This document shows, piece after piece, positions 1 through 10,015 of a stretch of DNA of 64,000 nt (the stretch's first letter is position 1; the number at the start of each line of letters is the position of its first letter). Under the pieces are notes generated by a model. The model did not search any database, was not told where the DNA came from, and was given only the letters and a program-made list of their open reading frames with translations. This stretch comes from an uncultured delta proteobacterium (GTDB lineage Bacteria > Myxococcota_A > Polyangia > Polyangiales > Polyangiaceae): assembly GCA_963696385.1 (NCBI GenBank), contig CAVOKF010000005.1, forward strand, positions 1,056,001 to 1,120,000, written 5' to 3'. The translations under genes were made by a program, and so were the position numbers.

Positions 1-159
1 TCGAACGCACCTGCGAACCTCTGGCCCGAAGCGGCGCCGGGGTTTCACGACAAGGATCGCGTGGAGAACGAGCTCCACGCCCGCGTCTGCGCGGGCGCCA
101 TGACCCTCGAAGCGGCCCAGCGGGCGATTGCCGCAGATTGGCGGCAGATCGCGCGCTGA
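1..159 (+). CDS. 3' end of a probable HNH-like endonuclease-domain protein (truncated by window start)
   Basis: Frame 1 reads SNAPANLWPEAAPGFHDKDRVENELHARVCAGAMTLEAAQRAIAADWRQIAR*. The NLWP..KD..E..LH..VC.G...L..AQ..IA.DW pattern is typical of a family of small HNH-like proteins. Not in the ORF track. Confidence 0.55.
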   Translation, partial: SNAPANLWPEAAPGFHDKDRVENELHARVCAGAMTLEAAQRAIAADWRQIAR

Positions 160-313
160 GCGACCGGGCACGAGCGACACGCATGGCCGTCAAGTGCGTG
201 ACGGTGCCATCGGCTCGACGGCGGATCCCCTTACCGAATCCAAGGAAATGGCGGCTCCCGTTGCCCGACGAGTCGAGCGGCGCGGGCGTGCTCTTTGCAC
301 CAAGCGGTGTCCC

Positions 314-1120
314 ATGACTCCGTCGAGGCCCAACGTCGTGATCGCCACCCCCTGTTACGGAGGCCTCATGACGCACGTCTACGTGAACTCGCTGCTGAGG
401 CTGATGGGCTCCCAAGAAAAGCAGGGGTTCGGCCTTGGGCTCTTCGCCGCCGCCCACGACTCGCTGATCACCCGAAGCCGTAACGCGTTGGTCAAAAGTT
501 TCCTCGACGCTACGGCCGCGACCCACCTACTGTTCATCGATGCGGACATCGGCTTCGAGCCTTCCGCCGTGCTTCGCCTACTCCAGTTCGACGTGGAGGT
601 GGCGGCCGGCATGTATCCGCTCAAAGTCGTCGACTGGGCGAGGATTCGAGCCACTGTGGGTCCGGATACGACGGAGGAGACGCTGCGCGAGTCGGGTCTG
701 CACTTCGTCGGGGTTCCGTGTACGGGCAGCGAGCGTGAAGAGCGCGGGGGCTTCGTGACAGGTCAATACGCCGGCACCGGTTTCATGATGATCCAACGCA
801 ATGCCATCGAGCGCATGGTGGCCGCTTACCCCGAGACGGCCTACCGCGCGATGCACACCTATCCCGCCCAGATTCCGCAGGGCGCACCGTATTACAACTT
901 GTTCGACTGCATGATCCATCCGGAAACCGGCGCCTACCTGAGCGAAGATTTTGCCTTTTGCCATCGCTTCCGGAAGCTCGGCGGCAAGGTGTGGCTCGAC
1001 ACGACGAGTCGGCTCACCCACGTGGGGTCGATGGAGTTTGTGGGGAATGCCGCCGCGGAGATGACGAAATGCGGCGTGGCGCTAAGCCTCGACGATCACG
1101 AAGTCGCCGCAGCCGAGTGA
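314..1120 (+). CDS. GT-A/GT2-like glycosyltransferase-family protein
   Basis: ATG at 314 (MTPSRPNVVIATPCYGG), SLITRSRN, LLFIDAD (DxD), AGTGFMMI, YLSEDFAFC, LTHVG motifs. Confidence 0.7.
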   Translation: MTPSRPNVVIATPCYGGLMTHVYVNSLLRLMGSQEKQGFGLGLFAAAHDSLITRSRNALVKSFLDATAATHLLFIDADIGFEPSAVLRLLQFDVEVAAGMYPLKVVDWARIRATVGPDTTEETLRESGLHFVGVPCTGSEREERGGFVTGQYAGTGFMMIQRNAIERMVAAYPETAYRAMHTYPAQIPQGAPYYNLFDCMIHPETGAYLSEDFAFCHRFRKLGGKVWLDTTSRLTHVGSMEFVGNAAAEMTKCGVALSLDDHEVAAAE

Positions 1121-1367
1121 GTCGGGACGTCGACCCGGGCGCCGTCCAGCTCACAGCTCATCCGGGACCGATACGGCAAAGCCGTTCGGGCGCCGCCGAC
1201 TCCGGCGAAACGTTGAGCGCGCGCGGGAGCCCTCCGTACCTCTCGAGTCGGGTTGCTGCCGCAGAGCTGGCTGACGTCCCCGCGTGCCTTGGACGACGAA
1301 CCCCAATTCGAAACAATCGGAGACGCTTAAGTCGCTGTTGCCGTCACTCCGTGCCATCCTGTTTGCG

Positions 1368-2075
1368 GTGCAAAGGGCAACGTCCACGCACAGCAGCCGA
1401 GAGTTCGAGACCGAGCTTCGCGAGCTGCAAGCCCGCCTGCTCGCGATGGGCACTCGGTGTGAACGGGTCGTCGAGTTGGCGTTCGGAGCGTTCTGCGGGG
1501 GGGCCTTGGAGGTCGCGCGGGAGCTCGAAGTGCTCGACGCGCGCATCGACCGCGACGAGCTCGAGATCCACGCGCTCATCGTCCGGATGCTGGCGCTGAG
1601 GCAGCCGGTCGCCGACGATCTTCGGTTCTTGACGACCGCGCTGCGCCTTATCACGGACCTCGAACGCATCGGCGACGAGGCAGTCAATATCGGCGAGCGG
1701 ACGGTCCAACAGGACAGTCCCGGGCAGCCGATGGCCAGCGGCGAACTCTCCTCGATGGCCGATGCGGCGCTGGACATGCTGCACCGTGCACTCGATGCCT
1801 TCCTGAGGTGGGACGACACCGGAGCCTACCAAATTCTGGGCTGCGATGACGCGGTGGATCGGCATTGTGCAGCCATCATCGGCGCGATGATCGCCCATAT
1901 GTCCGAGCACCCCGCGGAAATGCAGGCCGGTCTGCGGGTGATTCGGGTGGCCAAATACCTCGAGCGCATTGCCGACCATGCGACCAACGTGGCCGAAGAG
2001 GTGATTTTCATGGTTCGAGCGGACGACGTTCGCCACGGTCATTGGCAGGTCTCGGCCGGATCGCGGCCGGGATAA
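1368..2075 (+). CDS. phoU: Phosphate signalling complex protein PhoU (orphan, no pst genes adjacent)
   Basis: ALRQPVADDLR, TDLERIGDEAVNI and KYLERIADHATNVAEEV repeats. The GTG at 1368 is the likely start; the ORF track opens at 1284. Confidence 0.9.
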   Translation: MQRATSTHSSREFETELRELQARLLAMGTRCERVVELAFGAFCGGALEVARELEVLDARIDRDELEIHALIVRMLALRQPVADDLRFLTTALRLITDLERIGDEAVNIGERTVQQDSPGQPMASGELSSMADAALDMLHRALDAFLRWDDTGAYQILGCDDAVDRHCAAIIGAMIAHMSEHPAEMQAGLRVIRVAKYLERIADHATNVAEEVIFMVRADDVRHGHWQVSAGSRPG

Positions 2076-2169
2076 TCGCACCGAGCGCGACGCCGCCCTG
2101 TGTGAGAGGACGACGGGGCCTCTAGCGGGGGGACCCTCCATGCGTTGGCCCGGGCTGCTTGAGATCCGG

Positions 2170-5100
2170 TTACCGGAGCGCGGCGACCTCCGCTGACAGT
2201 CGGGCCACCGACACAGGCGTGGGTGTCTTCAGCTCGGGCGCGAAGACCGCGACGCGCAGCTCCTCGAGCGACCAACGAAGCAGCTGGACGGTCTCCTCGG
2301 CGCGGGCCGTCGCCTGCTTGGCGAAAAACGCGGCCCACACGGGTGCGACCAGGGCGAGCTTTTCGGAGTCCTTGCGAGGGTCGGCGATGGCGCGTCCGAG
2401 GCGCGCTCGCGCGGCGCGCAAATAGCGCGGGAAGTGATCGAGGCGGGCCAGCGGAACCCATGTCAAAAGATCGAGCGGGAAGAGCAACGCGACGTGGGCG
2501 CGGATCTCGGCAACGGCCGCACGGGCGCCGGCGTGCTTCGCAGCGCTCTGCAACGCCAGCAGCGTAGCGTCGAGCTCCGACGAGGTGCGCGCGATGGACT
2601 CGGTGAAGAGACGAGCCGTCGCATCGATGCGGGGCGTACCCGCCGCGAGCAGATCGTCGAAGGCCCGCTTCGTCCGTGGAAGGGGCGCTGGGTCGCCCAA
2701 CCGAAAGGCCTCTTCGACGATTCTCGCGACGACCCTCGACCGAAATGCGTCGTGATCGGCTCGCGTGCGCAAAGCGCCGCCGGGATCGGCGAAGCACGGT
2801 GGAACTCGGGAGGCGAGCGCAGCGATGCGCCCGCGGGCGCCAAGAGCGACCAGCCGCCGAACGCCGGCGCGAGTGGCCGTCTCGGCCGCGCCCGGCGACT
2901 CGAGCAACGACAGGTCGACACACGTCTGCCGATCGACGAGCGCAGGGTACGCGCGGACCTGCGTGCCGGACACCCATCGTACGACGAACGCCTCGAGCTC
3001 GCCGAAGTCCCAGGTCGTGACTCCCGTGCGCTCCCAGCGAGGAGCGGGAGCCGCTTTTTGCCAGGCCGCTCGCGCGTGCGCGCCATGCTCCTGGAACAGC
3101 CGGTCCATGTCTTTGCTCTGCGCGATGACTGTGCCGTTCTCGCCGACGACGCGGCACATGAGCCGCAGGTAATTGGGCACGGCATCGGGGCGAAACGATT
3201 CCTCGGCGACGTTCACCCCGCGACACTCGGCGATGGCCGCCGCGAGCGCCGGAAGCATCGGACCCTTGAAGGGCTCCAGGCGCATAGCGAGCTCTTCGGA
3301 CAGTTTCGCGATGGAGCCGAGTTCGCGCCGGATCGGGCGCGCGAGATCCTCCAGCAGCGCTGCGATCTTCTCTCGATGCCACCCCGGAATCGTCCAATCG
3401 AGTTCGCGCGGATCGAGCTGTGGCAGGAGTACGAGGGGGACGGTCAGCGCGATGCCGTCGTCGTCGGCCGAGGGATCGAAGCGGTAGGCCACCGGCAGCT
3501 CCACCCCGTGCAGGGTGATGGCGTCGGGGTAGTCGGACGGCACGAGGCTGGGGTCGGTCGCGAGGATGTCTTCGAGCGAAAGGACCAGGGCGTTCGGGTC
3601 TTCGCGCTCGGCGGTCTCGCGCCATGCTTCGAACGTCTTGCCGTTGACCACCGATGGGGGCACGCGCCGGTCGAAGAAGGCCATCACCGCGTCGTCGTTG
3701 GCCATCATGTCGCTTCGCCGCGCCTTGTCGCGTAGCCGTGCCGCCTGCTCGTAGAGGTCCTTGTTCTTGGCGGCAAATGCGCCTCGCGTCCGGTACTCGC
3801 CACGCACCAGCGCGTGGTCGATGAACATGCGCCTCGCTTCCGCAGGCGAGACGCTGGCGTAGTCCACGCTGCGGTCCCGAAAGACGGGAAGGCCGAAAAG
3901 CGTAGCCTGCTCTCGGATCGAAGCGCGCGCGGATTTCTCGGACCAGTGCGGATCCGAATAGCTTCGCTTGAGCAGATGCGGCGCGGTCTCGAGCAACCAC
4001 TCCGGCTCGATTTTCGCCGCCACGCGCGCAAATAGCCGTGTCGTCTCGACGAGCTCGAATGCCATGATCCACGCTGGGGGCTTGGACGCGAGAGACGACG
4101 ACGGGTGAAGGGCAAACCGTGTCTGCCTGGCTCCCGAGTAGGTGCGATGTTCGGCGCTGTACAGGCCGACCTTCGAGGGTAGCCCGGTGAGGATGGCGAG
4201 GTGCAACGCATCGGTGCGCTCGACCGCGAGGGGCGCTGCTTGGGCGTCGGCCGTTCTCGCGCGACGATGCGGCTCGGTTGCCGCGAGACCCAGCTCGCGC
4301 ACCACGTCGTCGATCTGCTGGTGTACGTCGCCCCACTCGCGAATGCGAGCGAACGAGAGAAAGTTGAGTTTGCAAACCCGCCGTAGGTGGGCGATCCCCT
4401 TGTTCTCGGCCTCGCGGACGAACGTCCACATCCGCAAAAGGCCGACGAAATCCGATCGCTCGTCGCGAAAGCGCTCGTGCTGCTGGTCGGCCCGTTGCTG
4501 CGCGTCGCGCGGACGCTCGCGTGGGTCCTGGATGTTGAGCGCTGCCGCGATGACGACCGATTCGGGCAGGCAGCCTCGGTCGGCTCCTGCGAGAATCATA
4601 CGGCCGATGCGTGGGTCTACCGGGAAGCGCGCCAGACGCTCACCGACGGCGGTGAGTTCGCGCCGTGCGCCCAGGGCGCCGAGCTCTTCGAGTACCCGGT
4701 ACCCTTCCGTGATCGATCGAGGCTCCGGCGGATCGAGAAATGGAAAGTCTTCGACGTCACCGAGTCCGAGAGACTTCATCCGCAAGATAACGCCCGCCAG
4801 ACCCGTGCGCTTGATCTCGGGGTCGGTGAACGCCGGCCGCGCCAAGAAGCTGGGTTCGTCGTACAGGCGCAGGCAAACGCCGTCGCGCACGCGGCCGCAG
4901 CGTCCTCTGCGCTGGTCGGCGCTCGCCTGGGAGACCGCTTCAATCTGCAAACGGGTCGTGCCCGAACGGGGATCGTAACGCGAAATCCGCGCGCAGCCGG
5001 TGTCGACCACGTACACAATCCCCGGGATGGTCAACGACGTTTCGGCGACGTTGGTGGCGAGGATGACTCGTCTTTCGGGGATACTTGCGAAGACCTTGGC

Positions 5101-5910
5101 CTGGTCGGCGCCCGAGAGGCGCGCGTAGAGGGGCTGTACGACCGTGTGGCGGAGGCCTCTTGCGGCAAGCTCCTTCTCGGTCTCCCGGATCTCGCGCTCG
5201 CCGGGCAAAAAAACGAGGATGTCGCCGTGCGGGTCGAGCGACGTCACGTTCACGACGGCATTCGCGACGGCCTCGGGCAGATCCGTATCCTCGGGCGGCG
5301 GTTCGTAGAGGACGTCGACCGGGTAACTACGCCCTTCGACCGTGACGATCGGAGCCCCGCCGAAAAAATCCGAAAACCGCTCGGTCTCGATCGTCGCGGA
5401 GCTGACGATCACTTTCAAGTCAGGCCGTTCGGGCAGGATGCGCTTCACCCACCCGAGGAGGAAATCGATGGTCAGGCTTCGCTCGTGCGCCTCGTCGATG
5501 ATGAGAGTGTCGTACCGACGAAGCAGCCGGTCGCCGTGGATCTCCGCGAGAAGAATCCCGTCGGTCATGAACTTGACGTACGTGCCTGGCGACGTTCGAT
5601 CGTCGAAGCGGACTTGGTAGCCGACCTCGGTCCCGAGGGGGGTTCCGATCTCGCTCGCCACGCGCGCGGCTACGCTCGTGGCTGCAATGCGGCGGGGCTG
5701 TGTGACGCCGATCCGTCCGACGACGCCCCGGCCCATGGCGAGCGCAATCTTGGGCAGCTGCGTCGTCTTGCCGGATCCCGTCGCGCCCGCGACGATGATG
5801 ACAGGGTGCTCGTCGATGGCCGACGCGATGTCCCGCACGCGCGACGAAATGGGAAGCTCGCATGGGAAACTCAGGGGCGAGCCGGTGTGGATGGGAGGCG
5901 CGCCGCTCAT
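2170..5910 (-). CDS. hrpA: ATP-dependent RNA helicase HrpA (DEAH box, C-terminal DUF3418-type region)
   Basis: GATGSGKTTQLP, TQPRRIAA, DEAHERS, SAT, TNVAETSLT, QRRGRCGR motifs and C-terminal EELRVAVFAPEL. 1246 aa. Confidence 0.95.
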   Translation of the reverse strand: MSGAPPIHTGSPLSFPCELPISSRVRDIASAIDEHPVIIVAGATGSGKTTQLPKIALAMGRGVVGRIGVTQPRRIAATSVAARVASEIGTPLGTEVGYQVRFDDRTSPGTYVKFMTDGILLAEIHGDRLLRRYDTLIIDEAHERSLTIDFLLGWVKRILPERPDLKVIVSSATIETERFSDFFGGAPIVTVEGRSYPVDVLYEPPPEDTDLPEAVANAVVNVTSLDPHGDILVFLPGEREIRETEKELAARGLRHTVVQPLYARLSGADQAKVFASIPERRVILATNVAETSLTIPGIVYVVDTGCARISRYDPRSGTTRLQIEAVSQASADQRRGRCGRVRDGVCLRLYDEPSFLARPAFTDPEIKRTGLAGVILRMKSLGLGDVEDFPFLDPPEPRSITEGYRVLEELGALGARRELTAVGERLARFPVDPRIGRMILAGADRGCLPESVVIAAALNIQDPRERPRDAQQRADQQHERFRDERSDFVGLLRMWTFVREAENKGIAHLRRVCKLNFLSFARIREWGDVHQQIDDVVRELGLAATEPHRRARTADAQAAPLAVERTDALHLAILTGLPSKVGLYSAEHRTYSGARQTRFALHPSSSLASKPPAWIMAFELVETTRLFARVAAKIEPEWLLETAPHLLKRSYSDPHWSEKSARASIREQATLFGLPVFRDRSVDYASVSPAEARRMFIDHALVRGEYRTRGAFAAKNKDLYEQAARLRDKARRSDMMANDDAVMAFFDRRVPPSVVNGKTFEAWRETAEREDPNALVLSLEDILATDPSLVPSDYPDAITLHGVELPVAYRFDPSADDDGIALTVPLVLLPQLDPRELDWTIPGWHREKIAALLEDLARPIRRELGSIAKLSEELAMRLEPFKGPMLPALAAAIAECRGVNVAEESFRPDAVPNYLRLMCRVVGENGTVIAQSKDMDRLFQEHGAHARAAWQKAAPAPRWERTGVTTWDFGELEAFVVRWVSGTQVRAYPALVDRQTCVDLSLLESPGAAETATRAGVRRLVALGARGRIAALASRVPPCFADPGGALRTRADHDAFRSRVVARIVEEAFRLGDPAPLPRTKRAFDDLLAAGTPRIDATARLFTESIARTSSELDATLLALQSAAKHAGARAAVAEIRAHVALLFPLDLLTWVPLARLDHFPRYLRAARARLGRAIADPRKDSEKLALVAPVWAAFFAKQATARAEETVQLLRWSLEELRVAVFAPELKTPTPVSVARLSAEVAALR

Positions 5911-6490
5911 GCGGCGCGTGGATTAGCACCTGCGTAGTCGGCGGTGTTGCGGACCTCGGCTTGTCGCCGTCGTGCGACTCCGTCGGCCTCCGGATGAGCC
6001 ATGCCGATCTCGTCGGTCCGCAACGCAGTGAAGACCGTGGCGGGCCTCTCGACGGGCCGTGACGACCTCGCTGGGTCGTTGGCGCACAAGAGGCCGTGAT
6101 GTGCGCGGCATCGCTTCGCGAATTCCGATGCGTGCCCTTGCGTCAACGGTCGAGGCGTGGCGGCTCGTGCGCCCGGTTCTGACCGGACTCGCCCTGGCTC
6201 ATTCTCTGGCAGTCGCCCTACAGGTTGTCGCCATCCATACTATGAAGATCGGAATCCATCTGTGGCGCAAGGCGTGCCCGAGGAGCGACATGCGGGCTCC
6301 TGAACCATCCCCTGAAATCCAAATTCTCGTTACGGCAAAAGAATGCGCTCACGTAGGAACAGTGCGCCGTTCAAATCGGAGATTGGCGCGACGGATTCCG
6401 AATCTCTGCCTTCTGTTGAACCATTATGAGCACTGTAAACCCTGAACCATTGGGGAGCGCGCAACACGTGACCCGGAGCAGCCACCCGCG

Positions 6491-7288
6491 ATGATGAGTC
6501 GTCGACGCCGAAGGATGATTCGGTCTTCGCTGGCGTTGCTCGCTGTGCTGTCGACGGGTGGAGCTTGCGTGAGCGGCAACGCCGTAATCGACGCGCCCGG
6601 AGGCGACAGCGGAGCGGCCGAAGGGACACGCAGCGGTGCCACGGTCGGAAGCGCAACGTCGACGGGTCCCTCGACGGAAGCCCTCGTGGGTGGTTCTTCG
6701 TCGGGGACCCCCCGGGCGGGCAGCTCGGGGGACTCGGTGGGAAGCACCGGCACGGCGAGCTCCGAAGGCACGAACGGCGTTGCCGCAAGCGGCATGAGCG
6801 GCGCTTCCGAGGGCAGCAACACGAGCGGCGGGGCGGACAGTGCCGACGGCGGCTCCGCGGATGGCGGCGCCTCGGGCAGCATGAGCGCAACCAGCGGCAC
6901 GACCGAGGTCTGCACGAGCGGTGTCTTCTATCAAGGGACGCCGGGGCCGACCATGGACCCGGGAGACACCTGTCCGACCTGCCACAGCAACTTCGAGATC
7001 GCCGGCACCGTGTATCCGACCGCTGACGAACCGACCGATTGCGATGGAGTGACCGGCAGCACTCTCTCGGTGGTGATCACAGACGCGAAGGGCAACGTGC
7101 AGACTCTGGCCGTTAACGCCACCGGCAACTTCTATTCGATGGAGGCGGTCGCCATGCCGTTTCATGCGAAGGTGATCTCGAAGACCACCGAGCGAGACAT
7201 GGTCGACGCCCAGTCGACCGGCGATTGCAATTATTGCCACACGCCAACGGGCTTCAACGGCGCACCCGGTCGCATCATGGCGCCGTAG
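6491..7288 (+). CDS. Secreted/lipoprotein with Gly/Ser linker and two CxxCH motifs (putative dihaem c protein)
   Basis: Basic-hydrophobic N-terminus ending GGAC, long G/S/T low-complexity linker, then MDPGDTCPTCH ... GDCNYCH. Confidence 0.7.
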   Translation: MMSRRRRRMIRSSLALLAVLSTGGACVSGNAVIDAPGGDSGAAEGTRSGATVGSATSTGPSTEALVGGSSSGTPRAGSSGDSVGSTGTASSEGTNGVAASGMSGASEGSNTSGGADSADGGSADGGASGSMSATSGTTEVCTSGVFYQGTPGPTMDPGDTCPTCHSNFEIAGTVYPTADEPTDCDGVTGSTLSVVITDAKGNVQTLAVNATGNFYSMEAVAMPFHAKVISKTTERDMVDAQSTGDCNYCHTPTGFNGAPGRIMAP

Positions 7289-7548
7289 GCCGCGAGCTCG
7301 GTCGCCGGGTCCCCCGGCTGTGGCGACGCACCCGGCTTGGCTCGCGTCGCCCCCCCACACGATTCGCGCCACCGTGGAAGCTCGATTCGCGCGCCGACAC
7401 GCGTACCGGTCGGCATCTTCGATTCGCGGGCGCATGGGAAATCCCAATCGGTCGAGCGTGAATCGCGAGTCCGCGGTTCTTTCCATGGCTCGTCGGCACA
7501 CAGAAAAAAAGGGCACGATCCGCAGGGTGGGCAGCGTAGACAAGTGCG

Positions 7549-8904
7549 ATGATTTCTGTCCGGACCGCTCTGGTTGCGGGCGAAACCATCGACGAAGCTC
7601 GCACCCAGATACGCCTGGCATGGCCGATCGCACTTGCGCAGTTCGGCATGGTGGCCCTGAGCCTCGTCGATACTGCGTTCGTCGGTCGCGTCTCGCGCGT
7701 CGAACTTGCGAGCGTCGCTCTCGGACGTTCGCTGTCGTTCGTGATCTCATCGATCGGGTTCGGCGTCGCCTCGGCGATCGACCCGCTGGCGGCCCAGGCG
7801 CTCGGTGCGGGCGAGCCGGACCGCGCCTGGTGTGCCCTCACGCGGACGGTTCGCGCCGTCACCCTGCTGAGCGTGCCGGCGGTGGCCGTCACGGTCGGTG
7901 CTACCTGGCTGCTGTCTTGGGCCGGTGTTTCTGCCGAGGTGGTCGTCCGCACGCGGACGTTTCTTGTGGCGCAGATCCCCAACCAGATCGCCCTGACCGT
8001 CTTCTTTGCAGCGAAGTCCTTTCTCCAGGCGCGCGGCGAGACGCGCCCCGCGCTGGTCGGCTCAGCCCTTGCCAACGTCTTGAACGTTCTGGTCTGCGCG
8101 GCGATTGTTCGGGGAGACGATTCTCTGCATGCGCTCGGTCTGCCGGGGTTGGGCCTTCCCCGGCTCGGCGCAGTCGGAGCGGCGATTGCGAGTGACGTTG
8201 CGGCGCTGGTGTTGATGGGCGTCGCTCTCTTCGCGGCGCGGCCGTTCCGTGTGCCCTTTGTCGGTGATGAGGTGAGCACCACCGAGGTCTTTCGGCTCGG
8301 CATCCCGATCGGGCTGCAGTTTGCCGCGGAAATCGGCGTCTTTTCGCTCGCCGCATTGCTTGCCGCCCGGTTTGGTGACGTCGCGCTCTCGGCGCATCAG
8401 ATCGCGCTCGGGCTGGCGAGCTTCACGTTCATGGGCGCACTCGGCGTCAGCGGCGCGACGGCGGTACGCGTCGGCCTCGCCATCGGAGCGCGCCAATCCC
8501 CCCGCCGTCCGGGCTTCGTGGGCATGGGGCTGGGCTCGGGGGCGATGATTGTGGGCGCGCTTGCGTTCGCGGCGATTCCGGGCACGGTGGTGCGCATCTT
8601 CACGGACGACAGCCTCGTCGTTCGGGTGGCGGTGCCCCTCGTCCGCGTGGCAGCGGCCTTTCAGATGTTCGATGGACTTCAAGTGGTGGCGGCCGGAGCG
8701 CTTCGTGGGGCAGGAGACGTGCGGCTGCCGTTCGTTGCGACCGTCGTCGCGCACTGGTGTGTGGGGCTGCCCGTTGCGATCGTCTTTGCGTTCGCCGGTC
8801 ATTTGGGCGTCGTCGGGTTGTGGTTGGGCCTCACTGTGGGGCTCGTGGCGGTGGCGATCGCGCTCGCGGTCCGCTTCGCGATCCTGTCGCGAGGTTACGG
8901 GTAA
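7549..8904 (+). CDS. MATE family efflux transporter (NorM-like)
   Basis: LAWPIALAQ, VDTAFVGR, AHQIAL, FQMFDGLQVVAAGALRGAGD; about 12 hydrophobic segments. Confidence 0.9.
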   Translation: MISVRTALVAGETIDEARTQIRLAWPIALAQFGMVALSLVDTAFVGRVSRVELASVALGRSLSFVISSIGFGVASAIDPLAAQALGAGEPDRAWCALTRTVRAVTLLSVPAVAVTVGATWLLSWAGVSAEVVVRTRTFLVAQIPNQIALTVFFAAKSFLQARGETRPALVGSALANVLNVLVCAAIVRGDDSLHALGLPGLGLPRLGAVGAAIASDVAALVLMGVALFAARPFRVPFVGDEVSTTEVFRLGIPIGLQFAAEIGVFSLAALLAARFGDVALSAHQIALGLASFTFMGALGVSGATAVRVGLAIGARQSPRRPGFVGMGLGSGAMIVGALAFAAIPGTVVRIFTDDSLVVRVAVPLVRVAAAFQMFDGLQVVAAGALRGAGDVRLPFVATVVAHWCVGLPVAIVFAFAGHLGVVGLWLGLTVGLVAVAIALAVRFAILSRGYG

Positions 8905-9068
8905 TCGGGCAGAAGCAGCGCTTTACCGCCCTGATCGGCTCGACATGGCCCCGCTGTCGCTTCCAGCGCCCTCAAGCGTTCGCGGTTGACGAGACGCCGA
9001 GGTCGGGCTGCAATCGCCTGGAAGTGTCGCCACGACGCGCGACGTAAGCGAAGCGGAGTAATGAGAGC

Positions 9069-10013
9069 GTGCTTCGAGAGGGCGACATTCTGGCCGGCAG
9101 GTTTCGCATCGAGAGGATATTTGTGGGGCGTGGCTGTGCGCCTCTGGTCCGCGCCTGGGACACGCTGCTCGAACAGACGGTGGCGGTTTTCTTCCCGCCC
9201 CATCGCGAGGGTGAGGACACACTGACCCGACTGTCTCGAACGGCGAGAGCGGCCGCCGAGATCAACAGCGATCACATGCTCCGGCTTTTTCACGTGGGCA
9301 CCCTGGATACGGGCGAGCCGTACAGCGTATTGGAATGGCTCGTGGGCAGCGATCTCGGTGTGTGGCTGCGCCGGAAAGGAGCCCTGCCCATCAAGCAGGC
9401 CGTCGACTTCGTCATCCAGGCTTGCGACGCGTTGGCGGAGGCTCATTCGCGCGGAATCGTCCATCGAAACATCAAGCCGGGTTATCTATTCGCCGCCGAG
9501 CGGCCCGACGTGGAGGCGTCCGTCAAGGTTCTCGGCTGGGATCTCTCGACGACGCTGCGCTCTGCGTCCGCCAAGCAGGCGATCTCCGATGCCGAATCGC
9601 GATCCGACCCGCCCGAAGCGACGTTGAGCGGAACGCCGCTGTACATGTCCCCCGAGCAGCTGAGGGGAACTCGGGATGCCGATGAGCGCACCGACATTTG
9701 GGCGGTCGGCATCACGCTGTGCAGGCTCGTTACGGGTCATGCACCCTTCATGGCCAACTCGGCTGCGGGCATTGTTTCGGCGATTGTGTCGGGCAAGCGG
9801 CTGCGGGAGCGATTCCCGCGCCTGCCGGCGGGTCTCGAAGCCGTGATCCTCCAGTGTCTCGAGACGGACCGTGCAAAGCGTTATCCGAACGTACCGGAGC
9901 TCGCAGGGGCGCTTCTGGATTTCGGATCAGACCGCGCAAAGCCGCTGGTCGAGCGCATTCGCACGTTGCCCCAGCGCGGTTCGTCGCGTCGGCCGGAGGA
10001 TGGAGCGCAATGA
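9069..10013 (+). CDS. Hanks-type Ser/Thr protein kinase fold, catalytically degenerate (pseudokinase)
   Basis: Kinase scaffold is clear (LAEAHSRGIVHRNIKP, GTPLYMSPEQ, DIWAVG) but the catalytic motifs are altered. Confidence 0.8.
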   Translation: MLREGDILAGRFRIERIFVGRGCAPLVRAWDTLLEQTVAVFFPPHREGEDTLTRLSRTARAAAEINSDHMLRLFHVGTLDTGEPYSVLEWLVGSDLGVWLRRKGALPIKQAVDFVIQACDALAEAHSRGIVHRNIKPGYLFAAERPDVEASVKVLGWDLSTTLRSASAKQAISDAESRSDPPEATLSGTPLYMSPEQLRGTRDADERTDIWAVGITLCRLVTGHAPFMANSAAGIVSAIVSGKRLRERFPRLPAGLEAVILQCLETDRAKRYPNVPELAGALLDFGSDRAKPLVERIRTLPQRGSSRRPEDGAQ

Positions 10014-10015
10014 CG

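Noticed and set aside
5907..6445. Short ORFs between hrpA and the dihaem lipoprotein
   Set aside because: No recognisable motifs or convincing RBS; more likely a divergent promoter region.
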